Origin: Bacteriovoracia bacterium
Lineage (GTDB): Bacteria > Bdellovibrionota > UBA1018 > CAIPTA01
Direction: 5' to 3'
DNA length: 64,000 nucleotides
NCBI GenBank assembly: GCA_050246755.1
Contig: JBFWVL010000001.1
Location: forward strand, 128,001-192,000
A model generated the notes under the pieces. That model ran no database searches, was not told where the DNA came from, and saw only the letters and a list, made by a program, of their open reading frames with translations. The position numbers and the translations under genes are program-made. Below, piece after piece: positions 10,306 to 20,465 of this stretch (position 1 is the first letter of the stretch; every line of letters starts with the position of its first letter).

Positions 10306-11005
10306 GGCCGGCCTCTTTCAGGAAACGCTCTTTGGCGTCACGGAACTTGAAGCAGAGAATTAGCTCCAAGGCATCGGGGATCCCCTGCTCCACCCTCACG
10401 CTCGATTCTAACCAAGCTCCCGCCGCGAGGCGATGAAAGAAAAAGCCGGCGGCCTCTACCCGCTCGAAAAAATCGGGGCCGTAGAGCCATTCGTCGCCGT
10501 TTTGGTCCAGGAAAGCGCGGGGGTAGGCTTTCGGATCTTCGCCGTGGAGCTCGGAGGCGCGGCGCGATTTAGGGAGGAGCATTTTCACCGTCATGAGCGC
10601 CAAACCTTCGCCTTTGAGCGCCCGGTGCGCTTCGGAGATCGCCAGATAATCGCTGCGGATAAAGGGCAGCACGCCACCACAAAGAATGAGGTCGAAGCAG
10701 TGGTCGGAGAAAGCGAGGTGGGTCACGTCCATCTGCATGGCGCGGTGGGGAAGTTTGAGTATGGAATGAAACGTGCGGTCGCGAAGATCGATGGCGGTCA
10801 CTTTCGCGGGCGTGGAGTGCTGGGCGATATAGCGGAGCTCCGGCTCGCTCGCGCCCACGGAAAGGATTTTATCGGTGGCCTTCAGCTTCACCGTACGCGC
10901 TAGCAGCAGGAACTGCAGGCGGTGCTCGGGTTTGGAGCCGCAATGAGGGCATAGGCCGGCGGGCGCAAATTCGGGAAAGGATTCTTTGCAGAGAAAACAC
11001 TGCAT
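10298..11005 (-). CDS. Class I SAM-dependent methyltransferase-like protein with N-terminal zinc ribbon
   Basis: CFLC...CPHCGS..EHR; MDVTHLAFSDHCFDLILC; EAHRALKGEG. Confidence 0.75.
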   Translation of the reverse strand: MQCFLCKESFPEFAPAGLCPHCGSKPEHRLQFLLLARTVKLKATDKILSVGASEPELRYIAQHSTPAKVTAIDLRDRTFHSILKLPHRAMQMDVTHLAFSDHCFDLILCGGVLPFIRSDYLAISEAHRALKGEGLALMTVKMLLPKSRRASELHGEDPKAYPRAFLDQNGDEWLYGPDFFERVEAAGFFFHRLAAGAWLESSVRVEQGIPDALELILCFKFRDAKERFLKEAGLG

Positions 11006-11046
11006 GCTGCCATTTTAGCACAGGCGCCGCGGGCGCGAGAAATCCC

Positions 11047-11075
11047 TTGCCTTTGTTGAGAATGATTCTCACAAT
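11047..11075 (+). promoter_or_regulatory. Putative sigma70 promoter (TTGCCT-N17-CACAAT) with a Fur-box-like 7-1-7 palindrome TGAGAAT-G-ATTCTCA (11057-11071)
   Basis: Perfect palindrome resembling the Fur consensus TGATAATnATTATCA, lying within the promoter spacer. Confidence 0.6.
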
Positions 11076-11081
11076 CGAAGT

Positions 11082-11236
11082 AGGGAGAATTCATTGCGCA
11101 TGCCGGGCTGCCTTTCGCTGGAACTGCTGCTGATTTATGCGGGGTCAGATGCAGCGGACGCGCCTTCTGCCCAGGATGAAGAAAAAGAAGAATAGCGCAG
11201 CGCTTCTTCGGCGCCGGCTAAGCGGTGCGTTATTTT
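11082..11236 (+). ncRNA. Candidate iron-regulated sRNA or small-ORF transcript (31-aa ORF at 11100-11195)
   Basis: Downstream of the Fur-box promoter; AGGGAG RBS-like site; ends in the hairpin AATAGCGCA...TGCGTTATT followed by a T run. Confidence 0.35.
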
Positions 11237-11243
11237 AGCTGGT

Positions 11244-11774
11244 CTACTTGATTGTTGTTTGCGATTGGCGCGTGAATCCGCGGGACGCACAGGGAGACTG
11301 CCCCGTCGCCATAAATGTGCGGCGGAACCAATCCTGGATATCAACGGCTTCCGACTCCAGCGATTCATCGCCTACCGTGAAATCGGCGTGCTGGTAAGCA
11401 TACTGGATAAAATGAGCCAATTCGTGGGCCAGGGAATCATCCATGAATCGTCCGTGCCGGGCGTAGTAGGCGCCGTCGTCGATTAAATAGATCTCGTTTC
11501 GCGCATAAGCGAAAGCGTTGGAAAAGGAGTCTGGCCGGATTCCCCACTGGGGCTCGATGGCATCCTGAAATTGAGAGAGCGGAGTTTTGCTCTCCACGTA
11601 GATGGAAGGAATCGCGATGCCGGCATCCAGCGCAATATTTTTCTTCCTTGCCACCGACTCCAGAATGCACTCGGGCGAATAAGCGAGCGAAACAGGTTCC
11701 GCTCCGCCTAACGGCGAAAACAGGCTAGAGAGCAGAAACACCGACAGGAAACGGCCGATCGAAGGAAATTTCAT
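11244..11774 (-). CDS. Secreted protein with an HExxH zinc-metallopeptidase motif
   Basis: Signal peptide; SLAHELAHFIQ followed by ESEA. Confidence 0.7.
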   Translation of the reverse strand: MKFPSIGRFLSVFLLSSLFSPLGGAEPVSLAYSPECILESVARKKNIALDAGIAIPSIYVESKTPLSQFQDAIEPQWGIRPDSFSNAFAYARNEIYLIDDGAYYARHGRFMDDSLAHELAHFIQYAYQHADFTVGDESLESEAVDIQDWFRRTFMATGQSPCASRGFTRQSQTTIK

Positions 11775-11816
11775 CCGGCCAAGCTATCCCAGGTGCTTTC
11801 TTCGATCAAATAATTA

Positions 11817-12602
11817 CTAATCCCCGCCGGAATTCGCCATCTTCTCGCGGGCCATCGCCTTCGCGCGCGCGAACTCTAAGTTCAGCGTGCGGATATTTTC
11901 GATCTTAATTTCTTTCGGGCAAGTAGCCTCACAGGCGCGGGTATTGGAGCAATTGCCAAAGCCCTCTTCATCCATGCGCGCCACCATATTCATCACGCGG
12001 TCTTCGCGTTCGGGTGCGCCCTGGGGCAAGCGGGCCAGGTGCCCTACTTTGGCCGAGACGAAGAGCATCGCCGAAGCGTTCTTGCACACGGCCACGCAGG
12101 CTCCGCAGCCGATGCAGGTGGCGGCGTCGAAGGCCCGATCGGCGTTTTCTTTTTTCACGAGGATGGCGTTCGCATCCACCGCGTTACCCACGCGCACGGA
12201 GTTATATCCCCCAGCGGCCTGAATACGGTCGAAGGCGGAGCGATCCACCACGAGGTCTTTGATCAGCGGGAAAGCTTTGGCGCGGAAAGGCTCCACCACG
12301 AGCTCGTCGCCGTCGTGGTAGTGGCGCATGAATAATTGGCAAGCCGTGGTTCCCTTCTCGGGGCCATGGGGCTGGCCATCGATCACCATATTGCAGGAAC
12401 CGCAGATTCCCTCGCGGCAATCACTCTCGAAGGCAATCGGCTCTTGGCCCTGCTTCACCAGCTTCACGTTCAACTCGTCGAGCATCTCGAGGAAGCTCAT
12501 GTCGGCGGTTACGTGGTCCACTTCGTAGCGCTCGAATTTTCCCGGGCTATTGCAGCCCTTTTGGCGCCAGATCTTCAGCTTAATTTTCATGCTTTTTTCC
12601 AT
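11817..12602 (-). CDS. sdhB: Succinate dehydrogenase/fumarate reductase Fe-S subunit
   Basis: [20 protein letters not shown] and [12 protein letters not shown] motifs. Confidence 0.95.
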   Translation of the reverse strand: MEKSMKIKLKIWRQKGCNSPGKFERYEVDHVTADMSFLEMLDELNVKLVKQGQEPIAFESDCREGICGSCNMVIDGQPHGPEKGTTACQLFMRHYHDGDELVVEPFRAKAFPLIKDLVVDRSAFDRIQAAGGYNSVRVGNAVDANAILVKKENADRAFDAATCIGCGACVAVCKNASAMLFVSAKVGHLARLPQGAPEREDRVMNMVARMDEEGFGNCSNTRACEATCPKEIKIENIRTLNLEFARAKAMAREKMANSGGD

Positions 12603-12610
12603 GATCGCCT

Positions 12611-14527
12611 CTATTTGTAGCTACGAACGGCCAGGTGAACGTTGTCGAACTTCAATTCTTCCTTATGGCGCGCCGGCTCTTTGCCTTCGCCCATGAATTC
12701 CCAAACGCCCACGTGCGCGAAGTTTACGTCGTCGCGCTTGCACTCCCCGTCCACTTGGTATTCTTCGCGGAAATGCCCGCCGCAGCTTTCACGGCGCTCG
12801 AGGGCATCGCGGCACATCAGCTCGCCGAGCTCGAGATAATCCGCCACGCGGGTGGCGTTCTCGAGCTCCTGGTTGAGATCCTTGGAATCCCCGGGGACGC
12901 TCACGTTCTTCCAGAATTCTTTGCGCAGCTCCTGGATCAAACCGATCGCTTTCTTAAGGCCGGCTTCGTTGCGGCTCATCCCGCAGTATTCCCACATGAT
13001 CTTTCCGAGGTCGCGGTGGAACTCGAGGGCGGTTTTATTGCCCTTCACGTTCAGTAATTTCTGGATGATCGCTTCTTGCTCGCCCTTCGCCTTCTTGAAC
13101 GCTTCGTGCTCGGTCGTAATTTTCTCGAGCTTATTCGTGGCGAAGTAATTCCCGAGGGTGGAAGGAATCACGAAGTACCCATCGGCCAATCCTTGCATCA
13201 GCGCCGAGGCGCCGAGGCGGTTCGCGCCGTGGTCGGAGAAATTCGCTTCGCCGAGCACGTGCAATCCGGGAATCGTGCTCTGGAGATTATAATCCACCCA
13301 GAGACCCCCCATCGTATAGTGCACGGCCGGGTAGATCCGCATCGGTACTTTATAGGGATTTTCCCCCGTGATCTTTTCGTACATCTGGAAAAGGTTCCCA
13401 TACTTCTCGCGCACCTTATCTTCGCCGTCGCGCTGGATCACATCGCGGAAATCCAAATACACCGCCAGCTTCGAGGGCCCTACTCCGCGGCCTTCGTCGC
13501 AGGCAAACTTCGCTTGGCGGGAAGCCACGTCGCGCGGCGCGAGGTTCCCGAAGGATGGATAAATGCGCTCGAGGTAATAATCGCGCTCGGCATCGGGAAT
13601 TTCGTTCGGCGGGCGGTTATCGCCAACTTTCTTGGGCACCCAAACGCGCCCATCGTTCCGCAGCGATTCGCTCATCAAAGTTAGTTTACTCTGGTGCGTG
13701 CCCGACACGGGGATACAGGTCGGGTGGATCTGCGTGAAGCAGGGATTCGCAAACCCCGCCCCGCGCTTATGCGCGCGCCAGATCGCCGTCGCGTTGGAGT
13801 TCATCGCGTTCGTGGAAAGGTAATACACATGGCCGTAACCGCCGGTGGCCAGGATCACCGCATCCGCCGCGTGAGATTCCAGTTCTCCGGTCACGAGATT
13901 GCGCGCGATCACGCCGCGGGCCTTGCCGTCCACCATCACCAAATCGAGCATCTCGCGGCGGGAGAGCAATTCCACTCCGCCGGCGTTCACCTGCTTCATC
14001 ATCGCCGAATAAGCGCCGAGCAAAAGCTGCTGCCCGGTTTGTCCGCGGGCGTAGAAAGTCCGGGAAACCTGGGCGCCGCCGAAAGAGCGATTCGCCAGGG
14101 TGCCGCCGTATTCACGGGCGAAGGGCACGCCGAGGGCCACCGAATGGTCGATGATCTGGTTGGAAACTTCGGCCAGGCGATACACGTTCGATTCGCGGGC
14201 GCGGAAATCCCCGCCCTTCACCGTATCGTAGAAAAGCCGGTACACCGAATCGCCGTCGTTCTGGTAATTCTTCGCGGCGTTGATCCCGCCCTGGGCGGCG
14301 ATCGAGTGCGCGCGGCGGGGAGAATCGTGGATGCAAAGCGCCTTCACTTTATAACCAAGCTCCGAGAGTGAAGCCGCCGCCGAAGCCCCGGCGAGGCCCG
14401 TGCCCACCACGATCACGGAAAGTTTTCTTTTGTTCGCGGGGTTCACGAGCTTTACGTCGAACTTATGGTTCTTCCACTGCTCTTCGATCGGGCCTTCGGG
14501 ACATTTCGAATCTAAATTGAAAGGCAT
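12611..14527 (-). CDS. sdhA: Succinate dehydrogenase/fumarate reductase flavoprotein subunit
   Basis: [26 protein letters not shown] and HGANRLG motifs. Confidence 0.96.
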   Translation of the reverse strand: MPFNLDSKCPEGPIEEQWKNHKFDVKLVNPANKRKLSVIVVGTGLAGASAAASLSELGYKVKALCIHDSPRRAHSIAAQGGINAAKNYQNDGDSVYRLFYDTVKGGDFRARESNVYRLAEVSNQIIDHSVALGVPFAREYGGTLANRSFGGAQVSRTFYARGQTGQQLLLGAYSAMMKQVNAGGVELLSRREMLDLVMVDGKARGVIARNLVTGELESHAADAVILATGGYGHVYYLSTNAMNSNATAIWRAHKRGAGFANPCFTQIHPTCIPVSGTHQSKLTLMSESLRNDGRVWVPKKVGDNRPPNEIPDAERDYYLERIYPSFGNLAPRDVASRQAKFACDEGRGVGPSKLAVYLDFRDVIQRDGEDKVREKYGNLFQMYEKITGENPYKVPMRIYPAVHYTMGGLWVDYNLQSTIPGLHVLGEANFSDHGANRLGASALMQGLADGYFVIPSTLGNYFATNKLEKITTEHEAFKKAKGEQEAIIQKLLNVKGNKTALEFHRDLGKIMWEYCGMSRNEAGLKKAIGLIQELRKEFWKNVSVPGDSKDLNQELENATRVADYLELGELMCRDALERRESCGGHFREEYQVDGECKRDDVNFAHVGVWEFMGEGKEPARHKEELKFDNVHLAVRSYK

Positions 14528-14528
14528 C

Positions 14529-15197
14529 TTACCCTCTCCAGAAAATATAAATGGGGTTCAAGGCAAATCCGATCGCTACGGCCCAGCCGAATACTTGGCT
14601 CACGCAAAGCAAGGCCTTCTCTTTTCCGTTCGGCACCAGCCCCAGCGTCTGAATCGAGCTCCACAGGGCATGGCTTAAGTGCAGGCCCAGCACGAACAAG
14701 CAAACCAGGTACCAAGCCACGTAGCCGCCGCTGGCGAAGATTTCCGTCATCAAGCGATGCAGATCGCGGATTTCTTTTCCGTCGTGCTGGAAGGGATACT
14801 CCACCCCGAAGCGGAATTTAATTAGGTGCAAAATAATGAATACGAAAATCAGCAGCCCCGAGTACGCCATCGTCTTCGAACCGAGCGAAGCCTGGCCCTT
14901 CGTGCCCATTCCGGGATTCACCGCGTACCCCACCGGGCGCGCCTTTCTATTTTCTAGGGAAACCAAAATTCCCAAGATGGCGTGGGCCAATAAAGAAACC
15001 GCGAGCGCTACTTCCAGGGGATAATACAGGGCCTTATTCGCGGTGATATTATGCCCGTATGCGTTATACGCATCGGCGCTCACTAGATAGAGAAGGTTGC
15101 CGGCCATATGGGTGAAGACGAAGCCGCACCAAAATAAACCAGCAATGCCCATCAGCTGCTTCTTGCCGATGGATGAACAAAGATAGGCGCCCTTCAT
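14529..15197 (-). CDS. sdhC: Succinate dehydrogenase cytochrome b558 subunit (single 5-TM anchor)
   Basis: [30 protein letters not shown]; several heme-ligand His; operon position. Confidence 0.92.
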   Translation of the reverse strand: MKGAYLCSSIGKKQLMGIAGLFWCGFVFTHMAGNLLYLVSADAYNAYGHNITANKALYYPLEVALAVSLLAHAILGILVSLENRKARPVGYAVNPGMGTKGQASLGSKTMAYSGLLIFVFIILHLIKFRFGVEYPFQHDGKEIRDLHRLMTEIFASGGYVAWYLVCLFVLGLHLSHALWSSIQTLGLVPNGKEKALLCVSQVFGWAVAIGFALNPIYIFWRG

Positions 15198-15335
15198 ATA
15201 TTCCCCTTATGCGGTTGTGTGCGCTTTCTAAGATAGCATAAAGCCGGTTCATTTTGGACGGGTTCGCAAGATTGACGCGACTGGGCAACCCCAAAATATC
15301 CTGCACAGTGTGGATTTGTTTGGGATCATAAACCC

Positions 15336-15800
15336 ATGAAGGGTGAAAAGTTTTTCGACGTGAAAATGATCGCGCTGCTCATCGGCCTCGTTTTTCTGCT
15401 CGCCGCCATGGCCGCCCTCGGCGCGCCCTCCCTCGACAAACGCCTCTACTATACCGGCCTCGAAGCCCGCGAGTTCTTCTCCCGCCTTTCCGCGCAGGAT
15501 GCCGCCAACTACCGCCTCAACGAAATCATCGATCTCGGCTTCATCCTTCTCTATACCTTCACACTCGTGCTCACCTTCGTGCGCCTTTATCCCCGCTCCA
15601 AGCTCCTCTACTGGATCGCCTTCGCGCCGGCGGTTTTCGATCTCATCGAAACCGGTTCGATCCTTCACGTACTGAATTTCGGTGAGACATTTCCCGTGCT
15701 GAGCTGGCTGGGCGCGGCTACTTTTTTAAAGTGGGCCAGCACGGTGGTCGCGCTGGGACTGATTTTACGAGGTGGGTTGAGGAGGGTTAGTTTGGGGTGA
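15336..15800 (+). CDS. Hypothetical membrane protein (4 TM)
   Basis: Hydrophobic segments; DLGFILLYT, FDLIET and LKW motifs. Confidence 0.7.
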   Translation: MKGEKFFDVKMIALLIGLVFLLAAMAALGAPSLDKRLYYTGLEAREFFSRLSAQDAANYRLNEIIDLGFILLYTFTLVLTFVRLYPRSKLLYWIAFAPAVFDLIETGSILHVLNFGETFPVLSWLGAATFLKWASTVVALGLILRGGLRRVSLG

Positions 15801-15993
15801 GGGTTAGCTGGGATATTACCTGGCGCACGCAAACACATTGGCAAAGAGAGGTTGCGCGGCATTCTTCGTTTTGGTGCTATTGTCTCATGCGGTAGATCCT
15901 TCGGGTTTAGTGAGCGTAGCCAATAGCCAGCTAGACCAATTGAGGTAACGCACTTTTATTCACCAAATATTTTTATGCTTTCACCAATTTTAG

Positions 15994-16530
15994 CTAGAGC
16001 CCTACCACGGTTAACGGCCGATTGCCCACGCGCGTGATAAACTCCATCTTCTCTGTTTCAATTTGCCACTCTTTATCTACAAGGCGCAGTTGAAGTTCAT
16101 ATCCTGCCGTAGCACCATCCGAAGCCGTTTTTCGCAATCTGACAAAAAGTAGATCTCTTTTCTGCCAACAGAGAGACGAGATAGTTAAACGATTGTGCTT
16201 ATTTTTATCCCCAAAACCGCTCCTCAAAGATTGTCCCTTAAAAAGGGCAAATTCCTTATCTTTATAGAACCCTCTCAATGCTAAAAGAGTCGCCTCCATC
16301 TCTTCAGAAGAACTGTTATCGCTCAATAAAAATTCTTTCACCCCAGAATCTTTTGTTTTTTCTACAAAAAATTTATATGAGGCAATTTTTGCTTCTGCCG
16401 TCAAGCGCGCCTGTTCTTTCGAATCGCTATAAACGGAAGACTGGCATTTACGAGATGCGCCCTCTGCATCAAATCTCAAAAATATTGATGCCATCAAAAC
16501 TACGAAGCATACATTTAATCGCATTCTCAT
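15994..16530 (-). CDS. Small secreted hypothetical protein, paralog of 20466..20966
   Basis: Signal peptide; shares RL..[EQ]AK, I..LCWQ and the C-terminal beta-strand pattern with 20466..20966. Confidence 0.7.
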   Translation of the reverse strand: MRMRLNVCFVVLMASIFLRFDAEGASRKCQSSVYSDSKEQARLTAEAKIASYKFFVEKTKDSGVKEFLLSDNSSSEEMEATLLALRGFYKDKEFALFKGQSLRSGFGDKNKHNRLTISSLCWQKRDLLFVRLRKTASDGATAGYELQLRLVDKEWQIETEKMEFITRVGNRPLTVVGL

Positions 16531-16551
16531 CTGGCACGAATAATTAGGGCG

Positions 16552-16992
16552 TTAATTCTTCGTTTGTTCGTTTTTCTTTGGAACTAAAGCCTTTGCGACT
16601 AGCTTATTCTTTTCCCGAAGCTCCACAATGAATGCATTGGGAGTTGCCAAAAAATTAACTCTGGCCGAATCGAACATGTGAGGTAAAGATCGGCTATTCT
16701 CATTATTCTGCTTAGACCGCTTAGCAAAAGACATATTTCCAGTTTGCTTCAAAAGCAGGAAGGCCGATTCAATTTCTTTTCCATTTTTATCTTTTAATAC
16801 TGCGCGCAGGTCTGTTGCAGCCGCGGACCTATGGTCTTCATCTGTTCTTTCGCGAGAATATGAAACTCTAGATAAATTTAAAGAAAATTTACCGTGGTCC
16901 TTGATCACAAGTCCCAGGATTGCGTCTTGCCCAGGCTCAATACCATGACTATTGAATGGAAAAAATAATAGACAAAAAATAATGAACTTCAT
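16552..16992 (-). CDS. Small secreted beta-rich hypothetical protein resembling the post-protease domain of 21017..24439
   Basis: GAGG RBS; signal peptide; LRAVLKDKNGKEIESA..ARVNFLATPNAFIVEL compared with YLVELKTISNELISSS..LEFTVPVTANGVFVDI. Confidence 0.7.
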   Translation of the reverse strand: MKFIIFCLLFFPFNSHGIEPGQDAILGLVIKDHGKFSLNLSRVSYSRERTDEDHRSAAATDLRAVLKDKNGKEIESAFLLLKQTGNMSFAKRSKQNNENSRSLPHMFDSARVNFLATPNAFIVELREKNKLVAKALVPKKNEQTKN

Positions 16993-17120
16993 TCTACCTC
17001 AAAGTTTAAATCTGCTGCGCCAGCCAATTTCAATCTAGACCATTCTCTAACTTTGATTGTTGACCAGCCGGAAGTTTTAGCTCCACTCCTAGAGCTTAGT
17101 TCCAGCCGTTTGACGTTCCT
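16989..17120 (-). pseudogene. Decayed orphan C-terminus of module X
   Basis: Manual translation ...KRLEL...RLKLAGAADLNFEVE* compared with RRLEI...KEVGRSAEINFSVP*; its stop overlaps the next ATG (ATGA). Confidence 0.4.
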
Positions 17121-17179
17121 GAGAAAACCGGCCCACGCCAAATCCGTAAAAAGCCGCTTATACGCCCCTACCGACCAAA

Positions 17180-17974
17180 TTATTCTTTATCAAAAATCAA
17201 AATACCGAAGGCCCTGATCGTAGTAATGTCTTTTTTTACTCCAGAGAACGTGGCCTCATACTTTGTGCGCTTTAAAATCTCTCCAAGCTTAAAATCCGCC
17301 TGATTCTTCTTATTGTCATACAAATAGAGGTCGTTGTCGGCCAAGCCACTTTCAAGAAAAAGCGGCCGTGAACCTCCCGCTGACTGAGCTAGCTGGGCAC
17401 TACATTTAATTGTATCCGAGACGCCGCCCGCCCTAGAAACGATAACGCAATCTGGGGCCCGATAGAGCGCCGTAATCAGCTTGTTTCCCAAGCCGTCCAA
17501 TGCCTTTCTCGAAAAGAAAGCCGGAAAAGGCAGGATATATGAAACCTTCCGGCGCTGAACATACGCTTGAACCTCACCTTCTCCGCCATCGCCGGGGATA
17601 TTTTCAAGAGACTCGAACTCCAGCGGAAAAAGCATTATGAGCAAATAAAACACACTAAATGTAATAAAAAAAATCGGAAGAGCACTTCCCCGCACTTCGC
17701 GGAAAGCAGAAAACCTATAACGCCGCAGGCAAATCTGAAAAAATTTTACAAAGAAAAAAGCAAAGCTCGCCAGAACGCAGAGAAAAGAAATACCTTTAAA
17801 AAGGCTCGAAATAGGTACGGCAACCCAAAAATAATTGAAAAATACGAGAACTCCAAAAAATAAAATAGCCGGAATTTCAAAAACAAATAGAACCCAAAAA
17901 ATAGCGGTACTTAACAATAGAAAACTGACGTAATCCGAGCTTGGGTCTTTTAAAAATTTTCGAATTCTATTCAT
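17180..17974 (-). CDS. Hypothetical membrane protein (3-4 N-terminal TMs plus a soluble domain)
   Basis: 264-aa AT-rich ORF with Phe-rich hydrophobic segments. Confidence 0.6.
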   Translation of the reverse strand: MNRIRKFLKDPSSDYVSFLLLSTAIFWVLFVFEIPAILFFGVLVFFNYFWVAVPISSLFKGISFLCVLASFAFFFVKFFQICLRRYRFSAFREVRGSALPIFFITFSVFYLLIMLFPLEFESLENIPGDGGEGEVQAYVQRRKVSYILPFPAFFSRKALDGLGNKLITALYRAPDCVIVSRAGGVSDTIKCSAQLAQSAGGSRPLFLESGLADNDLYLYDNKKNQADFKLGEILKRTKYEATFSGVKKDITTIRAFGILIFDKE

Positions 17975-18098
17975 ACCGCAATTATCTCTACGGCCCGACC
18001 ACGCATGCCGGAGGCATTTATCTTTTTAAGACTCAGTCGTCTTGTCACCAACTTAAAAGACAAATATTTAGAATCCACAAAATTCCCTTATCGACCAT

Positions 18099-18929
18099 CT
18101 ATTCGGCCCCGTACACTTCGATTTCACGCGTCCTGCCTTGCCCGAACCATTGAATTTTTCGAACGAGCTTTAATCCTAGCCGCGACGGCTGGTTTTTACT
18201 TAAAATTTCAACCATTGCCCTATTCGGAAAGGGGAGAACTCCCGGAAGAATCTCCCTAGAATAGACCACTGCGTCCACATGAAAATCTTTCAGGGCTAAC
18301 CGTGGCTCATTCTGACGATAAAAAAACAAAAAATATGAGGGCAGAAGAAGTAATGCTTCAAATGGTCGTATAAGAAACGCCAAAAAATAAAATACCGTAT
18401 AGCCCCACGCCTTCCCGGAGCAAAGGCAAGCTAGGGCAGATAGAGCAAAGGCGCAGAATGGCAGCTCAGACATGAATGCGCGGCTCATCCCCACGAAAAA
18501 TGGATACGTGCAGACGGTGGCTGCGCCCAGAGCGGCCGCGGCTTGGCTCAAACCCAAACCTCTTAAGACGGCCCTGCTACTGAACGTCGCTAACGCAAGT
18601 AAGGAGATGCCGAATAAAATAACCGCCGTTTCGATTGTTCCCGTTAGACAAAGAAACAAAGACCCTAGTATTGGGTGGTATGTTGAATATTGAATTTTTG
18701 AAGTAAGTAATTCATACAGCGCGGCGCCCAGTGGTCGAGTGGAAAATGTCTCCCTCCACCGGACGGCGTAGTTCCAATGGAGAAAATCATCGGATTGAAA
18801 GTCGAATGGGTTAAAATAAAAATATAGGCCAAGAAGGACACAAGGAAGAACGAGAAATATATTAGAGACCATGCACCTAAAAGAAGACTTCAGTAACGCA
18901 AATCCATTTGGGGGAAAATATGACTCCAT
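18099..18929 (-). CDS. GT-C/ArnT-like membrane glycosyltransferase, apparently truncated or internally deleted
   Basis: DDFLH after TM1, RPLG, SRAFMSELP and LAFLIRP motifs; only 276 aa. Confidence 0.5.
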   Translation of the reverse strand: MESYFPPNGFALLKSSFRCMVSNIFLVLPCVLLGLYFYFNPFDFQSDDFLHWNYAVRWRETFSTRPLGAALYELLTSKIQYSTYHPILGSLFLCLTGTIETAVILFGISLLALATFSSRAVLRGLGLSQAAAALGAATVCTYPFFVGMSRAFMSELPFCAFALSALACLCSGKAWGYTVFYFLAFLIRPFEALLLLPSYFLFFYRQNEPRLALKDFHVDAVVYSREILPGVLPFPNRAMVEILSKNQPSRLGLKLVRKIQWFGQGRTREIEVYGAE

Positions 18930-19059
18930 TTATCTCTTTATCCTTAAGAAAGAAAAATAAAAGACTAGGCCTACTGAAAATTCGGAATTATAAAAAATGA
19001 CAAAGAGTTCGCCCAACTAAGAACCTCCATGGCGACTCTTTTAAATTAAGAGGTCTTTA

Positions 19060-19295
19060 TTAATCTGCTATTCCTTGAGCGACTGCCTCTGAAATTAAAA
19101 TTTCTCCCTTCGCCTCACTTAATACAAACCCATAAATATACCCCTCATCACGATATTTTTTGGCCCCCAAGAATACTATAATTTTCTCGCCCACAGCCTG
19201 GTCGGAAAATCGAGAGAAGGTCAAAACCGAGTACCTTACAGCCGCCTAGCGTACAAATATTCTATCCCTGTAAAGAATACAGGCCCATCCTTCAG
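19060..19295 (-). pseudogene. Degenerate copy of the 20466..20966 gene
   Basis: Manual translation GEKIIVFLGAKKYRDEGYIYGFVLSEAKGEILISEAVAQGIAD* compared with AEKNILVGGSKKYRSGGGYFYRFVLSEVKGELLVSEAVAQGIGD*; upstream EYLYARRL (vs EHLYVSRL) lies in another frame; no start codon. Confidence 0.85.
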
Positions 19296-19299
19296 GAGG

Positions 19300-20034
19300 C
19301 TATTTTGCAGATTTCCCGAAGCAAGTTATGGGGGCTAAATCATTCCCATCAGGATCCAATTTAAAATCACAAGTCTGCGTTAGAAATAGCGAGTTGGTCG
19401 TAACGGCGCGGACATCCCATTTTCCGCCATTCCACTTTGGGAAAACCTCCCACATAAGATGCTTGGGATCGAAACCCCAAAGCATCGCCGCAAATCTCGA
19501 ATCAGAATAATACTTTGAAACCGCTAGTCTTGCTATCGCCTGCCTCTCGAGAGGTCTCATGCCTATTAAAGCCTGCGGCTCGCCAACATCTTCCCCATAA
19601 AACTCGTAGGACATGGGGCGCTTAACAATAAATAGCATGACGCAAAATAGCGCTATCGAGCCTAACAAAAAATATACATTTTTAATTCCACGGAAACTCG
19701 AGTCTCCATCGCGTGCAAAAAATAAAATAATAAATGCAGCACTCGCGGGAAGTGCAAATCCAGGAATCAAAAAAAGACTTGAGCTGGGCGAACCGTTAAA
19801 GTTTGAAATTAATTCAAATGAAAATATTAACAATGCATAAAACACCAATAAGATTCCAAAGAATGACGTTAAGGTATTCTTACTTGAGGAAAGTGAAATT
19901 TCTCTGCCGCTAAACGAAGATCGACTGAGTTTCTTCGATAAAAAGAGGGCAGCTATCACAAAAATGCTCGTGACCAATGAAAATACTAAACAGTATAGAA
20001 GTAGCCGAAACTCCTGTGATAAAAATGCCCTCAT
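19300..20034 (-). CDS. Hypothetical membrane protein (4 TM plus a C-terminal domain with a Cys pair)
   Basis: 244-aa ORF; start overlaps the stop of the upstream remnant (ATGA). Confidence 0.65.
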   Translation of the reverse strand: MRAFLSQEFRLLLYCLVFSLVTSIFVIAALFLSKKLSRSSFSGREISLSSSKNTLTSFFGILLVFYALLIFSFELISNFNGSPSSSLFLIPGFALPASAAFIILFFARDGDSSFRGIKNVYFLLGSIALFCVMLFIVKRPMSYEFYGEDVGEPQALIGMRPLERQAIARLAVSKYYSDSRFAAMLWGFDPKHLMWEVFPKWNGGKWDVRAVTTNSLFLTQTCDFKLDPDGNDLAPITCFGKSAK

Positions 20035-20228
20035 GGTATTATGGTAATCAACCTTTCTACACTTGCCCCGAACGACTTCCGCTCTTCTTGGATTTTCATC
20101 TCAAGTAAGTAAATTCTGGATTCCAAAACCAAGAGCCTCGCTTGTATGCGACTAATTTTATCTGAGTTAGTTTTTGTGACATTGGCGGGAGAAACAAGAC
20201 CAGCTTGCCGAGTCAGAAAATTTTTCAA
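20031..20228 (-). pseudogene. Orphan C-terminal fragment of module X
   Basis: TNSDKISRIQARLLVLESRIYLLEMKIQEERKSFGASVERLITIIP* aligns almost without gaps to NDPDRRLEIESQILILSRRIANARSQGAELEKEVGRSAEINFSVP*; an in-frame stop lies just upstream; no signal peptide. Confidence 0.65.
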
Positions 20229-20465
20229 AAAAATTCACCGATTTTTAAATTTATTCCCAACATCTATTTAGATGAAGCACTTTGCCGTGCGATTATTGCA
20301 GAAGATAACTCTTATGCTGAAATCCTCGTAAAACAGGGGGCAACGTCACCATGTGTCTCTAACCCCTAAGAGGCAAAATCCAAAAGCTATAATTTTCCCG
20401 AAAACTCTGCGCCCACTGACGACGGCAAAGCTTCAGCCAAATGAACTACTACTCTATGATATTCG

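Noticed and set aside
17971-18090. A third module-X remnant (...GRAVEIIAV* overlapping the ATG at 17974)
   Set aside because: It shows the same ATGA coupling, but the similarity is too short and fits the tail of the neighbouring GT-C-like gene equally well.
18930-19031. 33-aa hydrophobic ORF (MEVLSWANSF...) in the AT-rich array
   Set aside because: No recognisable similarity to its neighbours; it may be decayed sequence.
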